64,000 bases of DNA from Octopus vulgaris. Its lineage: Eukaryota. This document shows, piece by piece, positions 42,070 through 54,834 of the stretch. The translations under genes were made by a program, and so were the position numbers. Within the stretch, counting starts at the first letter, position 1. Every line of letters begins with the position of its first letter. The stretch lies in the NCBI GenBank assembly GCA_951406725.2, contig OX597819.1:89652001-89716000 (forward strand), given 5' to 3'. The notes beneath the pieces were generated by a model that searched no databases, had not been told where the DNA came from, and saw only the letters and a program-made list of their open reading frames with translations.

Positions 42070-42106
<37 letters not shown>

Positions 42107-42581
42107 CTCTCTCTCTCGCTATGTGGTGTCGGTTTCTCCCTCTGTTATCACTGTCTCTCTCTCTCTCTGTATATATATCTCGCCTTCACTCGCTTCCACA
42201 GGCTTAGCCAATACGCAGGATGAAAAATATCAGCTAAGTCCTGTTCCTTCTTTTCATTGTTTTTGCAAGTATCATCATCACCATCAAGCCTTCTTCTTAT
42301 TATTGTTTCCCCATATATTGGCGTTATCGTTGTCTTTCGTCTCAAATGCTAGCTGAAGCATATAAACTTTCATTCACAAAAACTTCGCAAAAACATCTCG
42401 TCTCAAATTTGGTCTTTCTTTCTGTCGCTAAATTCTCTAACCCATTTTTCCCAACTTCCACTCATAGAAACTTATGCACACGATCGCAAAGCATTCCATC
42501 TCAAATCCTGTCTTTCTTTCTGCCGCCTAAAAATCTCATCTTCTCCCATTGCGCGGTGTCGTTTTGTCCCTCTGTTATCAC

Positions 42582-42616
<35 letters not shown>

Positions 42617-43091
42617 CTCTCTCTCTCGCTATGTGGTGTCGGTTTCTCCCTCTGTTATCACTGTCTCTCTCTCTCTCTGTATATATATCTCGCCTTCACT
42701 CGCTTCCACAGGCTTAGCCAATACGCAGGATGAAAAATATCAGCTAAGTCCTGTTCCTTCTTTTCATTGTTTTTGCAAGTATCATCATCACCATCAAGCC
42801 TTCTTATTATTATTGTTTCCCCATATATTGGCGTTATCGTTGTCTTTCGTCTCAAATGCTAGCTGAAGCATATAAACTTTCATTCACAAAAACTTCGCAA
42901 AAACATCTCGTCTCAAATTTGGTCTTTCTTTCTGTCGCTAAATTCTCTAACCCATTTTTCCCAACTTCCACTCATAGAAACTTATGCACACGATCGCAAA
43001 GCATTCCATCTCAAATCCTGTCTTTCTTTCTGCCGCCTAAAAATCTCATCTTCTCCCATTGCGCGGTGTCGTTTTGTCCCTCTGTTATCAC

Positions 43092-43128
<37 letters not shown>

Positions 43129-43603
43129 CTCTCTCTCTCGCTATGTGGTGTCGGTTTCTCCCTCTGTTATCACTGTCTCTCTCTCTCTCTGTATATATAT
43201 CTCGCCTTCACTCGCTTCCACAGGCTTAGCCAATACGCAGGATGAAAAATATCAGCTAAGTCCTGTTCCTTCTTTTCATTGTTTTTGCAAGTATCATCAT
43301 CACCATCAAGCCTTCTTATTATTATTGTTTCCCCATATATTGGCGTTATCGTTGTCTTTCGTCTCAAATGCTAGCTGAAGCATATAAACTTTCATTCACA
43401 AAAACTTCGCAAAAACATCTCGTCTCAAATTTGGTCTTTCTTTCTGTCGCTAAATTCTCTAACCCATTTTTCCCAACTTCCACTCATAGAAACTTATGCA
43501 CACGATCGCAAAGCATTCCATCTCAAATCCTGTCTTTCTTTCTGCCGCCTAAAAATCTCATCTTCTCCCATTGCGCGGTGTCGTTTTGTCCCTCTGTTAT
43601 CAC

Positions 43604-43640
<37 letters not shown>

Positions 43641-44115
43641 CTCTCTCTCTCGCTATGTGGTGTCGGTTTCTCCCTCTGTTATCACTGTCTCTCTCTCTCT
43701 CTGTATATATATCTCGCCTTCACTCGCTTCCACAGGCTTAGCCAATACGCAGGATGAAAAATATCAGCTAAGTCCTGTTCCTTCTTTTCATTGTTTTTGC
43801 AAGTATCATCATCACCATCAAGCCTTCTTATTATTATTGTTTCCCCATATATTGGCGTTATCGTTGTCTTTCGTCTCAAATGCTAGCTGAAGCATATAAA
43901 CTTTCATTCACAAAAACTTCGCAAAAACATCTCGTCTCAAATTTGGTCTTTCTTTCTGTCGCTAAATTCTCTAACCCATTTTTCCCAACTTCCACTCATA
44001 GAAACTTATGCACACGATCGCAAAGCATTCCATCTCAAATCCTGTCTTTCTTTCTGCCGCCTAAAAATCTCATCTTCTCCCATTGCGCGGTGTCGTTTTG
44101 TCCCTCTGTTATCAC

Positions 44116-44152
<37 letters not shown>

Positions 44153-44627
44153 CTCTCTCTCTCGCTATGTGGTGTCGGTTTCTCCCTCTGTTATCACTGT
44201 CTCTCTCTCTCTCTGTATATATATCTCGCCTTCACTCGCTTCCACAGGCTTAGCCAATACGCAGGATGAAAAATATCAGCTAAGTCCTGTTCCTTCTTTT
44301 CATTGTTTTTGCAAGTATCATCATCACCATCAAGCCTTCTTCTTATTATTGTTTCCCCATATATTGGCGTTATCGTTGTCTTTCGTCTCAAATGCTAGCT
44401 GAAGCATATAAACTTTCATTCACAAAAACTTCGCAAAAACATCTCGTCTCAAATTTGGTCTTTCTTTCTGTCGCTAAATTCTCTAACCCATTTTTCCCAA
44501 CTTCCACTCATAGAAACTTATGCACACGATCGCAAAGCATTCCATCTCAAATCCTGTCTTTCTTTCTGCCGCCTAAAAATCTCATCTTCTCCCATTGCGC
44601 GGTGTCGTTTTGTCCCTCTGTTATCAC

Positions 44628-44664
<37 letters not shown>

Positions 44665-45139
44665 CTCTCTCTCTCGCTATGTGGTGTCGGTTTCTCCCTC
44701 TGTTATCACTGTCTCTCTCTCTCTCTGTATATATATCTCGCCTTCACTCGCTTCCACAGGCTTAGCCAATACGCAGGATGAAAAATATCAGCTAAGTCCT
44801 GTTCCTTCTTTTCATTGTTTTTGCAAGTATCATCATCACCATCAAGCCTTCTTCTTATTATTGTTTCCCCATATATTGGCGTTATCGTTGTCTTTCGTCT
44901 CAAATGCTAGCTGAAGCATATAAACTTTCATTCACAAAAACTTCGCAAAAACATCTCGTCTCAAATTTGGTCTTTCTTTCTGTCGCTAAATTCTCTAACC
45001 CATTTTTCCCAACTTCCACTCATAGAAACTTATGCACACGATCGCAAAGCATTCCATCTCAAATCCTGTCTTTCTTTCTGCCGCCTAAAAATCTCATCTT
45101 CTCCCATTGCGCGGTGTCGTTTTGTCCCTCTGTTATCAC

Positions 45140-45174
<35 letters not shown>

Positions 45175-46133
45175 CTCTCTCTCTCGCTATGTGGTGTCGG
45201 TTTCTCCCTCTGTTATCACTGTCTCTCTCTCTCTCTGTATATATATCTCGCCTTCACTCGCTTCCACAGGCTTAGCCAATACGCAGGATGAAAAATATCA
45301 GCTAAGTCCTGTTCCTTCTTTTCATTGTTTTTGCAAGTATCATCATCACCATCAAGCCTTCTTCTTATTATTGTTTCCCCATATATTGGCGTTATCGTTG
45401 TCTTTCGTCTCAAATGCTAGCTGAAGCATATAAACTTTCATTCACAAAAACTTCGCAAAAACATCTCGTCTCAAATTTGGTCTTTCTTTCTGTCGCTAAA
45501 TTCTCTAACCCATTTTTCCCAACTTCCACTCATAGAAACTTATGCACACGATCGCAAAGCATTCCATCTCAAATCCTGTCTTTCTTTCTGCCGCCTAAAA
45601 ATCTCATCTTCTCCCATTGCGCGGTGTCGTTTTGTCCCTCTGTTATCACTATTCTCTCTCTCTCTCTCTCTCTCTCTCGCTCTCTCTCTCTCGCTATGTG
45701 GTGTCGGTTTCTCCCTCTGTTATCACTGTCTCTCTCTCTCTCTGTATATATATCTCGCCTTCACTCGCTTCCACAGGCTTAGCCAATACGCAGGATGAAA
45801 AATATCAGCTAAGTCCTGTTCCTTCTTTTCATTGTTTTTGCAAGTATCATCATCACCATCAAGCCTTCTTCTTATTATTGTTTCCCCATATATTGGCGTT
45901 ATCGTTGTCTTTCGTCTCAAATGCTAGCTGAAGCATATAAACTTTCATTCACAAAAACTTCGCAAAAACATCTCGTCTCAAATTTGGTCTTTCTTTCTGT
46001 CGCTAAATTCTCTAACCCATTTTTCCCAACTTCCACTCATAGAAACTTATGCACACGATCGCAAAGCATTCCATCTCAAATCCTGTCTTTCTTTCTGCCG
46101 CCTAAAAATCTCATCTTCTCCCATTGCGCGGTG
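26014..46133 (+). repeat. Satellite-like tandem array: 115-bp partial unit plus 39 full units of 507-529 bp
   Basis: The same marker ORF recurs 39 times (ends 26415 to 45920). Length variation comes from internal (CT)n and poly-T runs. Confidence 0.98.
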
Positions 46134-47025
46134 CGCCCGCCCTCCCACCCCCACCACCAATACCACCACCAATACCACCACCAATACCACCACCAATACC
46201 ACCACCACCACCAATACCACCCCCACCACCAATACCACCAATACCACCCCCACCACCAATACCACCCCCCCCACCGCCAATACCACCAATACCGGTGAAC
46301 ACTGTTCTCACCATCTACACCGGATACTCCCTCCTCCTCCCCCACCACCCCTTCCTACCCCTTCTCCTCATGCTTTCACTGAGAAAAGACAAGCTGCTAG
46401 CGTCTCAGCTCATCAACCGCCCTCTGATCTTACGCTTCCTCCTGTTTTGAATCTGACACTGCCTCAATCCTACTATCCCCTTCCAGTCCCCTCCATGCCT
46501 CGTAATATCCTACGTTTTTATTTCTTACGAACCTGCACCAACCCTTCCTGCCATCGTTCCTCCTTACCCACCCAACCTTCCCCACACCTACCCATATATA
46601 TACACATCCTACGTTTATATTTCTTACGAACCTTCACCAACCCTTCCTGCCATCGTTCCTCCTCCCCCAACCTTCCCCACTGGTGCTCCCCTATATTACC
46701 TGCACCCCTTTACTATCTCTCCCTCTCTTTTCACTGGTGAAACCTTTCTCAGCTGGACCCCCCCCAACTCAACTCTACCCCGCATCCCGTTGCCCGAACC
46801 GATCGTGACCGATGCCGGACCCCCGGCCCCTGTGCAGGTGGCACGTAAAAAGCACCCAATCCACTCACGGAGTGGTTGGCGTTAGGAAGGGCATCCAGCC
46901 GTAGAAACTCTGCCAGAATCAGACTGGAGCCTGGAGCGGCCCCTGGCTTCCCAGACCCCGGTCGAACCGTCCAACCCGTGCTAGCGCGGAAAACGGACGT
47001 TAAACGATGATGATGATGATGATGA

Positions 47026-47029
<4 letters not shown>
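46134..47029 (+). mobile_element. C-rich body and RTE-type 3' tail of composite non-autonomous element 1
   Basis: (CCACCACCAATA)-type repeats at 46145-46292, then a pyrimidine-rich body. It ends in GTGGCACGTAAAAAGCACCC...GTTGGCGTTAGGAAGGGCATCCAGC...GGACGTTAAAC(GAT)n, which matches the 3' UTR of the RTE at 49339-50320. Confidence 0.85.
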
Positions 47030-47104
<75 letters not shown>

Positions 47105-47180
47105 TATATATAGATACATATATTATTTATATTATTATTTAATTGAATGCCATTTAAGGATTTAAGGATATATGTATATA

Positions 47181-47216
<36 letters not shown>

Positions 47217-47224
47217 TTTATGTG

Positions 47225-47425
47225 TGTGTCTTTGTATCTGTGTTTGTCCCCATCATCACTTGACAACCGATGTTGGTGTGTTTACATCCCTGTAACTTAG
47301 CGCTTCAGCAAAAGAACCCAATAGAATAAGCCTTAAGGTCAGTTTCTTTGACTTTAAAAAAAATAACCTTTAAAGCAGTGCTCCAGTATGGCCACAGACA
47401 AATGACTGAAACAAGTAAAAGAATA
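47225..47425 (+). mobile_element. SINE 3' half with a CR1-family-A-like tail
   Basis: Ends in GCAGTGCTCCAGTATGGCCACAG...CTGAAACAAG, similar to the LINE 3' UTR GCGGTGCCCCAGCATGGCCACAG...CTGAAACTAG. Confidence 0.65.
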
Positions 47426-47451
47426 CTGATACATTTGAGACCAAAAGTATA

Positions 47452-47594
47452 CAAAACCAAACACTATCCATCCATCCATCCATCAATCCATCCAGCCATC
47501 AAACCATCCATCCATCCACCCACCCACCCATCCATCCATCCATCCCTCTATCCATCCATCCATCCATCCATCCATCCATCCACCCACCCATCCA
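47452..47594. repeat. (ATCC)n microsatellite
   Basis: Seen directly. A similar copy with the same AAAACCAAACAC leader lies at 48259-48438. Confidence 0.9.
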
Positions 47595-48258
47595 ATGACA
47601 CTATGTAGGACTGGATTGTAACCATCTGTAAACCAGTATCAATGAGCTCTGCATTCCATGGACATACATATGCTTTACTAGTCTTCTTGGCCTCTCCTGA
47701 CTTGACCATGTTCTGAACAGAGACATGTCGAAGATTTACAGCATTCCCCTGATCAAGATGCAGAAGCACTATTATGCTGGCTGGCTGGCTGGCATAGCCA
47801 CAGACTCTGAAGTGATGATGAAACTGGCAAAAACTAGATTCTGGCTAAACTAAAGAAACAGTGACTGGACAAGTTGACCAAGGGCATGAATATTATCATT
47901 GTTGCCCACAAGTTACCAGTGGCATTCTGCAGATGCCACAATTAATGCACAATAATTGAGAACATGCAAACAAGCAGACCAAGCAGTATAAACACTCAGG
48001 ATAAGAAAATACAGGCACAATAGTGATAGAAGACACAGTCACTGTAATAGTAGTATAATTACAATGGTTATAAGGATAAACATTTAGATTAACAAAAATA
48101 ATCTGGTAATAGGCTTAAACCCTACAGTAGACCTTAGGAAAGCTACTGCACAGTAATAGCATCAGTCTAAAAAGATGGAATTAGAAACCACTCCATCATT
48201 GCTAATAGTGGTACTGGCTATATAAACAATTGTTCCAACTATATGTAAGTGTGTTTTC

Positions 48259-48438
48259 AAAACCAAACACCATCCATTCATCCATCCATCAATCCATCCA
48301 TCCATCAAACCATCCACCCATCCATCCATCCACCCATCCATCCACCCACCCATCCATCCATCCATCCATCCATCCACCCATCCATCCATCCATCCATCCA
48401 TCCTTCTATCCATCCATCCACCCACCCATCCATCCATC
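48259..48438. repeat. (ATCC)n microsatellite
   Basis: Seen directly. Confidence 0.9.
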
Positions 48439-49013
48439 AATGCCTAGCATATAAATGTGTGTATATGCATGTAGGTAAATGTGATCATGTTTGTATGTGT
48501 GGACATGAGTGTGTGTGCATGTGCATAATTGTATATGTACATTAGTGGTGATAGTGTATACATGTGTGTGTGTGTATGTGTGTGTGTATACATATATATA
48601 TCTGTAATGTCTATACCTATGATGTTTCTACAAGCCACAGAAGTCAGTGCTTAATTCTGAACTCTGTGGCATTTAGAGGATGTAAGATGAATGAATTGTT
48701 TAGGTTATTGCAGGTAACATTTTGTGAAAATCCAGTACCATTCGAGAAATTCAGGAATGTATATACATACATGTGTGTATGTATGTGTGTGTGTGCGTGT
48801 GTGTGTGAGTGTATGCATGCACACACATATGTATTCATCAAATGCTTGCAAAAGATTAGAGCCACGTCTGCATTGGATAAGCTATATAAATCCCTTGTGT
48901 ATTTCTAAAACTTTAATTAATGCAAACAAACACACATGCATGTGTGCACATGTGTGTGTATGTGTGTGTCATAGGAATGTAACATGTACATCAAACAGTC
49001 TTTAAGATCTTAC

Positions 49014-49099
49014 CTTGATAACAGAACTGTATTTGAAAGGCATAAAGGAAATCGGTGAAAGAGATCAGATACTCCAGTGCATCGTCCAACATTACAATG
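49014..49099 (-). other. Candidate 86-nt exon
   Basis: Acceptor TTTTGTAG and donor AG|GTAAGA on the minus strand. Two frames are open. No recognised protein. Confidence 0.3.
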
Positions 49100-49241
49100 C
49101 TACAAAATATAATACATAACTATATACATATATAATTCATATTTATCGTATAATACATATAATATAATGCATATTTATGTAAAGCTTCCCTGGGGAAGAA
49201 ATATATCTTGAAGTCATTTCTACAAGCTTACAATTTACTAC

Positions 49242-49274
<33 letters not shown>

Positions 49275-49338
49275 TACATACATATATATGCATATACATA
49301 TATACACATATATATATACATATACATATATACATATA

Positions 49339-50320
49339 TCATCATCATCGTTTAGCGTCCGCTTTCCATGCTAGCATGGGTTGGATGGTTCAACTGGGTT
49401 CTGGGAAGCCAGAAGGCTGCGCCAGGCCCAGTCTGATCTGGCAATGTTTCTACGGCTGGATGCCCTTCCTAACGCCAACCATTCCGTGAGTGTAGTGGGT
49501 GCTTTTTACGTGCCACTGGTACAGGTGCCAGACGAGGCAGGCAAACGGTCACGATTGGATGGTGCCTTTTACGTGCCACTGGCACAGGGGCCACCAGGCG
49601 CTAGCAACGGCCACGATCGGATGGTGCTTTTTATGTGCCACTGGTACGAGGCTAGTCGGGGCGGCGCTGGCAACACCCACGTTCGGATGGTTCTCTTAGG
49701 TGCCACTGGCACTGGTGTCACAGCTGCAACTTCCATTGATGTTGATCGATTTCGATTTCGATTTTGATTTTCACTTGCCTCAACAGGTCTTCACAAGTAG
49801 AGTTTTGTGTCCCAAGAAGGAAAGGTATGCATAAGTGGACTGGCTACATCCCATGTAGAGGCCACGGGTTATGGTCTCACTTGTCCTGCTGGGTCTTCTC
49901 ACGCACAGCATACTTCCAAAGGTCTCGGTCTCTAGTCATTTCCTCCATGAGACCTAAAGTTCGAAGGTCGTGCTTCACCACCTCGTCCCAGGTTTTCCTG
50001 CATCTGCCTCTTCCACAGGTTCCCTCAACTGCTAGGGTGTGGCATTTTTTCACACAACTATCTTCATCCATTCTCGCCATATGATCATACCAGTGCAAAC
50101 ATCTCTCTTGCACACCACAACTGATGCTTCTTAGGTCCAGCTTTTCTCTCATGGTACTTACACTCTGTCGAGTATGAACACTGACATTACACATCCATTG
50201 GAGCATACTGGCTTCATTTCATGTGAGCTTACGCATATCCTCAGCAGTCACAGCCCATGTTTCACTGCCATGTAGCATGGCTGTTCGTACAGATGCGTCA
50301 TACAGTCTGCCTTTTACTCT
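49339..50320 (-). mobile_element. RTE-clade LINE, 5'-truncated: ORF C-terminus, 3' UTR and (GAT)n tail
   Basis: RVKGRLYDASVRTAMLHGSETW and VEGTCGRGRCRKTWDEVVKHDL...RDRDLWK are RTE C-terminal motifs. The 3' UTR has repeated GTGGCAC(G/A)TAAAA(A/G)GCACC units. Confidence 0.9.
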
Positions 50321-50347
50321 GTATACATACACACACATATATATATA

Positions 50348-51235
50348 CATCCAAGACATCCGCCTTGCCAATGACACACCGGTCTTATGCCATTTCCGCT
50401 CCACAGGTCACTCCTTGCAACACCTGCCTGTTTTCGGATTGTCCTTGCACAGAGGCCATCCGGATTCCTGCTTGCGCCGTGAACAGGGATTAATCTTCTT
50501 TCTTCGCTCTTTTACACCATTTGGTCTCAACTCTCCCCCGCTTTTCATCTAACCTCCCCCCCCCAACTCCTACTCCTCTTCAGTCCTTCATCTTTTCACC
50601 CCTACTCTTCCCTTCTTCTTTCTTCTTCCCTCTTCCCCTTCTCTCTTCCTCTCTGCTCCCTCACTCCCTTCCTCCCCCTTCCCTCCTTTTCCCCCTCATC
50701 TCCTCTCTCTTCCCTCCTCTCCCCTTCTCATTCTCCTCTCTCCCCTACCCTCTCTTCTCTCCCGCTCTCACTCTCCCCACAACCCACACGGGCTTTCCCC
50801 ACTCTATCCCCCCACCTCCCCACAACATCACACCACACTACACTACACCATACGACATTACACATCAAATCATACATACATACACACGTCCAGACCACCA
50901 GCCCTCTTTCACACGCACATACATACTCTCTTATACACACACGCACCTTCATGTTGGGGTGAGGTCACTTGACCCTGTTATCTTCCCTACTATCCCTCTA
51001 GCGTCTAACGTCTGACCTCCGATCTCTGACTTCTGCCTGAAATCAGAACGCCATGTTGGACCGTTAGCTCCGACACGCATTTTTTTCTCTCCTTGTTACT
51101 TTTCTGTGTATCTTATGTCGAAGAGCGTAGGCTCGAAACATATTGTTTTATTTCTATTCCTGAGCGCCATACTAATACAATTGTTTGTTTGTACTCCACC
51201 TGCCTGCGTCTTGTTTATTTTCGTAAACCTTCCCG

Positions 51236-51237
<2 letters not shown>
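50348..51237 (+). mobile_element. Penelope-like element 3' end: GIY-YIG endonuclease C-terminus and 3' UTR/pLTR
   Basis: DTPVLCHFRSTGHSLQHLPVFGL...RREQGLIFFLRSFTPFGLN* matches the Penelope endonuclease tail (HF..GHS..RE..I..L....P.GLN). A hammerhead-like remnant lies at 51111-51140. Both flanks are TA-rich. Confidence 0.8.
51111..51140 (+). ncRNA. Degenerate minimal hammerhead motif
   Basis: TCTT-ATGTCGA-A-GAGC GTAG GCTC-GAAAC. The stem II hairpin is intact but the core is altered. Confidence 0.45.
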
Positions 51238-51292
<55 letters not shown>

Positions 51293-51635
51293 CATATACA
51301 TATATACATATATATATGCATATATACATATATATATACATATACATATATACATACATATACATATATACATATATATATACATATATGCATATATATA
51401 TACATATATATATACATATATATATATATATACACATATATATATATACATATATGCATATATATACATATATGTATATACATATATGTATATACATATA
51501 TATATATACATATATGTATATACATATATATATACATATATGTATATACATATATATATAAACATATATATGTATATACATATATATATATATATGCATA
51601 TATATATATACATATAAATACACATATATATACAT

Positions 51636-51700
<65 letters not shown>

Positions 51701-51769
51701 GATAACAAATGGAGCAATAGTAACAGTGGACCATTGGTGTTTTAAAGTCATTTAATAAAGATGAGAGTA

Positions 51770-51849
51770 TGCTTACAGCTGTTTCAGTATATCAAGCAGG
51801 GGTAAATTTACATCTACCTCGTTGCAATTGATAGACATCATCAGAATTA
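51770..51849 (-). ncRNA. Type I hammerhead ribozyme-like motif with extended stem II
   Basis: Minus strand: CUGAUGA, long stem II (GUCUAUCAA/UUGAUAUAC and GGUAGAU/AUUUACC), GAA, palindromic stem III ACAGCUGU, then A. Stem I is weak. It lies about 75 nt from a (TA)n-bounded end, which suggests a Penelope pLTR. Confidence 0.6.
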
Positions 51850-52869
51850 TTATATGGCAAAGGTAAATAGAAGGAAAACAGAAAGAAGGTATTAAGGAAA
51901 GGAAAGGAAAAAAATAAATGTTCATTAATTCAATAATCTTACATTTTAGTGAGGTCCATAATTCAATATATCAGTTGGAAGATAGAAGAGAAGAGAGTTA
52001 GTTAAATCCAAGGTCTTATAATTAGCTACTTTTATAATTCCACGTGTCGAAGGTTCTAACATCTGGTGCTATTGGCTAGTTGACCGCCGGTGTAATCCGA
52101 GGGAGTTATCGCTATTGGGGATATCCGATGTAGTTAACTGGCCCTATGTGACACTAATTTATAGCCTGTAAGTTAGTTCCTGTATTTTCAAAGGAAACTG
52201 TAGTATAAAGCTAAAGTTATTATTTAAAATATGTATGAAAATGTGCGTACAATGGGCTAAGTAAAGGAACAATAGAAAAGGTTGAAGAGTGCACAGAAAA
52301 ACAATAAGATCTAAGGGATAGAGGTATCCAAAGGCACTAGCAAATATGATGACATTCCATATGATTACAGAGATGTGGAAATACTCCTGGTTGCTGTCAG
52401 GGCACACAGTAAAATCAATGGGAGTGAGGGACTCCTAGTTGTTGTCACAGCATCCGCCTAAGAGAGGGACACACTGATGCAAAACCTGTGGATTTATGTA
52501 ATTATTGGTTACCTAACTTTGGCCAGCCACTAGGTATTAATCATGGACACTGAAAATTTGGTAGTCATGCTGTACAAGGGTTTATCATTGATGTCTCTTT
52601 ATGGTAACCTCAATTGTGATCCCATCTCCTAAAAGTCCTGCAGCAATAGAAGAGTGGCAATGTGTACAAACCTAACCAGTTGGAAGTGCACAGAAAGTTA
52701 TAACTTTTATCAGTCACCAATGCTTCAAGCCATGCAGATCTGCAATGGACTGAAGAGTCAACTGAGAGGTCATAGATGGAAAGTCAGAAATACTATAAAC
52801 AATGAGGAAGCACAAGGAGACGGCAAACATCTATGAAGATGGAGCAATCACTATGTAGATATGTATATA

Positions 52870-52902
<33 letters not shown>

Positions 52903-52904
52903 TT

Positions 52905-53112
52905 GTTTCCTTGTCTTGGAATCAAGTGATACAGTCAGTGTTATTCATTTCCAATATTCTGTGAAAAGATGTCTGGCCATGGGAATATATTACCTTACTC
53001 AAAAATAGGTGAAGGTTGATGACAGGAAGGGCACCTGGGCATAGAAAAATCTGCCTCTATAAACTCTGCTCAACCCAAGAAAAAGAGGACATTAAAATGA
53101 TGATGATGATGA
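52905..53112 (+). mobile_element. Old SINE/LINE 3' part with an RTE-type tail
   Basis: Reads GACAGGAAGGGCACC...GGACATTAAAAT(GAT)n. Confidence 0.6.
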
Positions 53113-53134
53113 TATTTATATGTGCAGGAATTAT

Positions 53135-53350
53135 ACTGCTGTATAGTTAAGAAGTTCACCTTGTGACTATATGGTTTTGGATTCATTTCCACAGTATGGC
53201 ACCTTGGTCATAGTTCAAATTCCACTAAGATCGACTTTGTCTTTCATCCTCTTGGGGATCGATAAAATAAGTACCATTTGAACGCTGGAGTTGATGTAAT
53301 TGACTCATCTCCGCCCCCAAAATGCTGCCCTTGTGGCAAAATTTGAAACC
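53135..53350 (+). mobile_element. tRNA-SINE fragments: a head fragment plus a second SINE body
   Basis: B-box GTTCAAATTCC, central GACTTTGTCTTTCATCCTCTTGGGGATCGATAAAATAAGTACC and end CCTTGTGGCAAAATTTGAAACC. Homologous to 60792-61010. Confidence 0.7.
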
Positions 53351-53384
53351 ACTTTTGTTGTTTTTGTTGTTATCATCATCTTTA

Positions 53385-53448
<64 letters not shown>

Positions 53449-53465
53449 CATCATTATTATTATTA
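53385..53465. repeat. (TTA)n microsatellite
   Basis: Seen directly. Confidence 0.95.
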
Positions 53466-54171
53466 GCATCAACATCATTTAAAAACCAAATGTGTGAATC
53501 ACAAATCTGTTTTTTTTTTTTTTTTTTTTTGTTTCTGTTTGTATATGTTGTGTGTCTTGTTTCTGTGTATTTGTTTGCCTGCTTTTATTTTATTCTTATA
53601 TTTGTAAAACAAACATTTACAGCAAAACAAAATAGCATGATGCCCAGAAGATTATTGGCAAATCTGTAGATTTAATGTGTAGCTATAAATTGCAAACAAT
53701 CTCAAAAGAATACATTGAGAGTAATACTGCTTAAATACAACTAAATCAAACTTGCTGTGACAGCAGTTTAGTAGCTTAGTACAAACAGCACAGACATGTC
53801 TTTGTATTGATTTTTATAATGCAGAACTGATGGATATGGTTGGTATTTGGTATCTATCTAGCATGTACAGAAGATGACTAATTATTATATACCGAAACGC
53901 AAAATATATTGTAAAGTAATACATAAAGTTAAGTATATGACACCCTTGCATATTCTGGTGTATTTAATATGTATTGCGAAATGAGAAATCTATCAACAGA
54001 ATAATTCTCAAAAAATTGCTTACCGAATTTTTACAACTTCATTTCCAAGAGGGAGAAAGAAAAAAAAAAAATTGATGTTGGTGATGGCTGGGATTCTAAA
54101 AACATCACAAGATAATCTACTTTATGGGTACGTGTGTGCAAACATATGCAAACGTATGTGGCTGTGTGTGT

Positions 54172-54299
<128 letters not shown>

Positions 54300-54578
54300 T
54301 GAGATGTATTGTCTGTGGGTGAGAGCTGTAGGTGTTTTTGTTTTACAAATAGGTGTGTGTATGTGAGTGCATACTTAATGTGAATGCGCATGTATCAGAA
54401 TGAGTTGACATGCAAATGTGCCTGTATGCTATGTGTGTATGTATGTGACTCAGTGTTTTATGCAGATGTATTATTTATGCAAATATATGTTATTTGCAAG
54501 TATATATATGTGTGTGTGTGTGTATGTGCATATGCATATATTTGTAGGTATGTGTATATATACATAAATATATATGTG

Positions 54579-54630
<52 letters not shown>

Positions 54631-54731
54631 TATGTATATATATGTATGCATATATATCTGCATGTGTATGTGCACATGCATGCATATATTGTGTGTAGTG
54701 TATATATATGTGTGTGCATACATCCATACAT

Positions 54732-54766
<35 letters not shown>

Positions 54767-54800
54767 CATACACATATATACATACATATATATATATACA

Positions 54801-54834
<34 letters not shown>

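Noticed and set aside
26218-45931. Recurrent 60-170 aa ORFs in the array, and the array as a CRISPR or gene cluster
   Set aside because: Frames shift with (CT)n length, no domain is recognisable, there are no unique spacers, and there are no rRNA, tRNA or snRNA hallmarks.
46111-46450. Polyproline (formin/extensin-like) or glycine-rich ORF
   Set aside because: It is produced by the CCACCACCAATA repeat and is not conserved in element 2.
48644-48760. Short minus-strand frame rich in N-glycosylation sequons
   Set aside because: There is no clear splice acceptor or homology, and AT-rich DNA inflates Asn codons.
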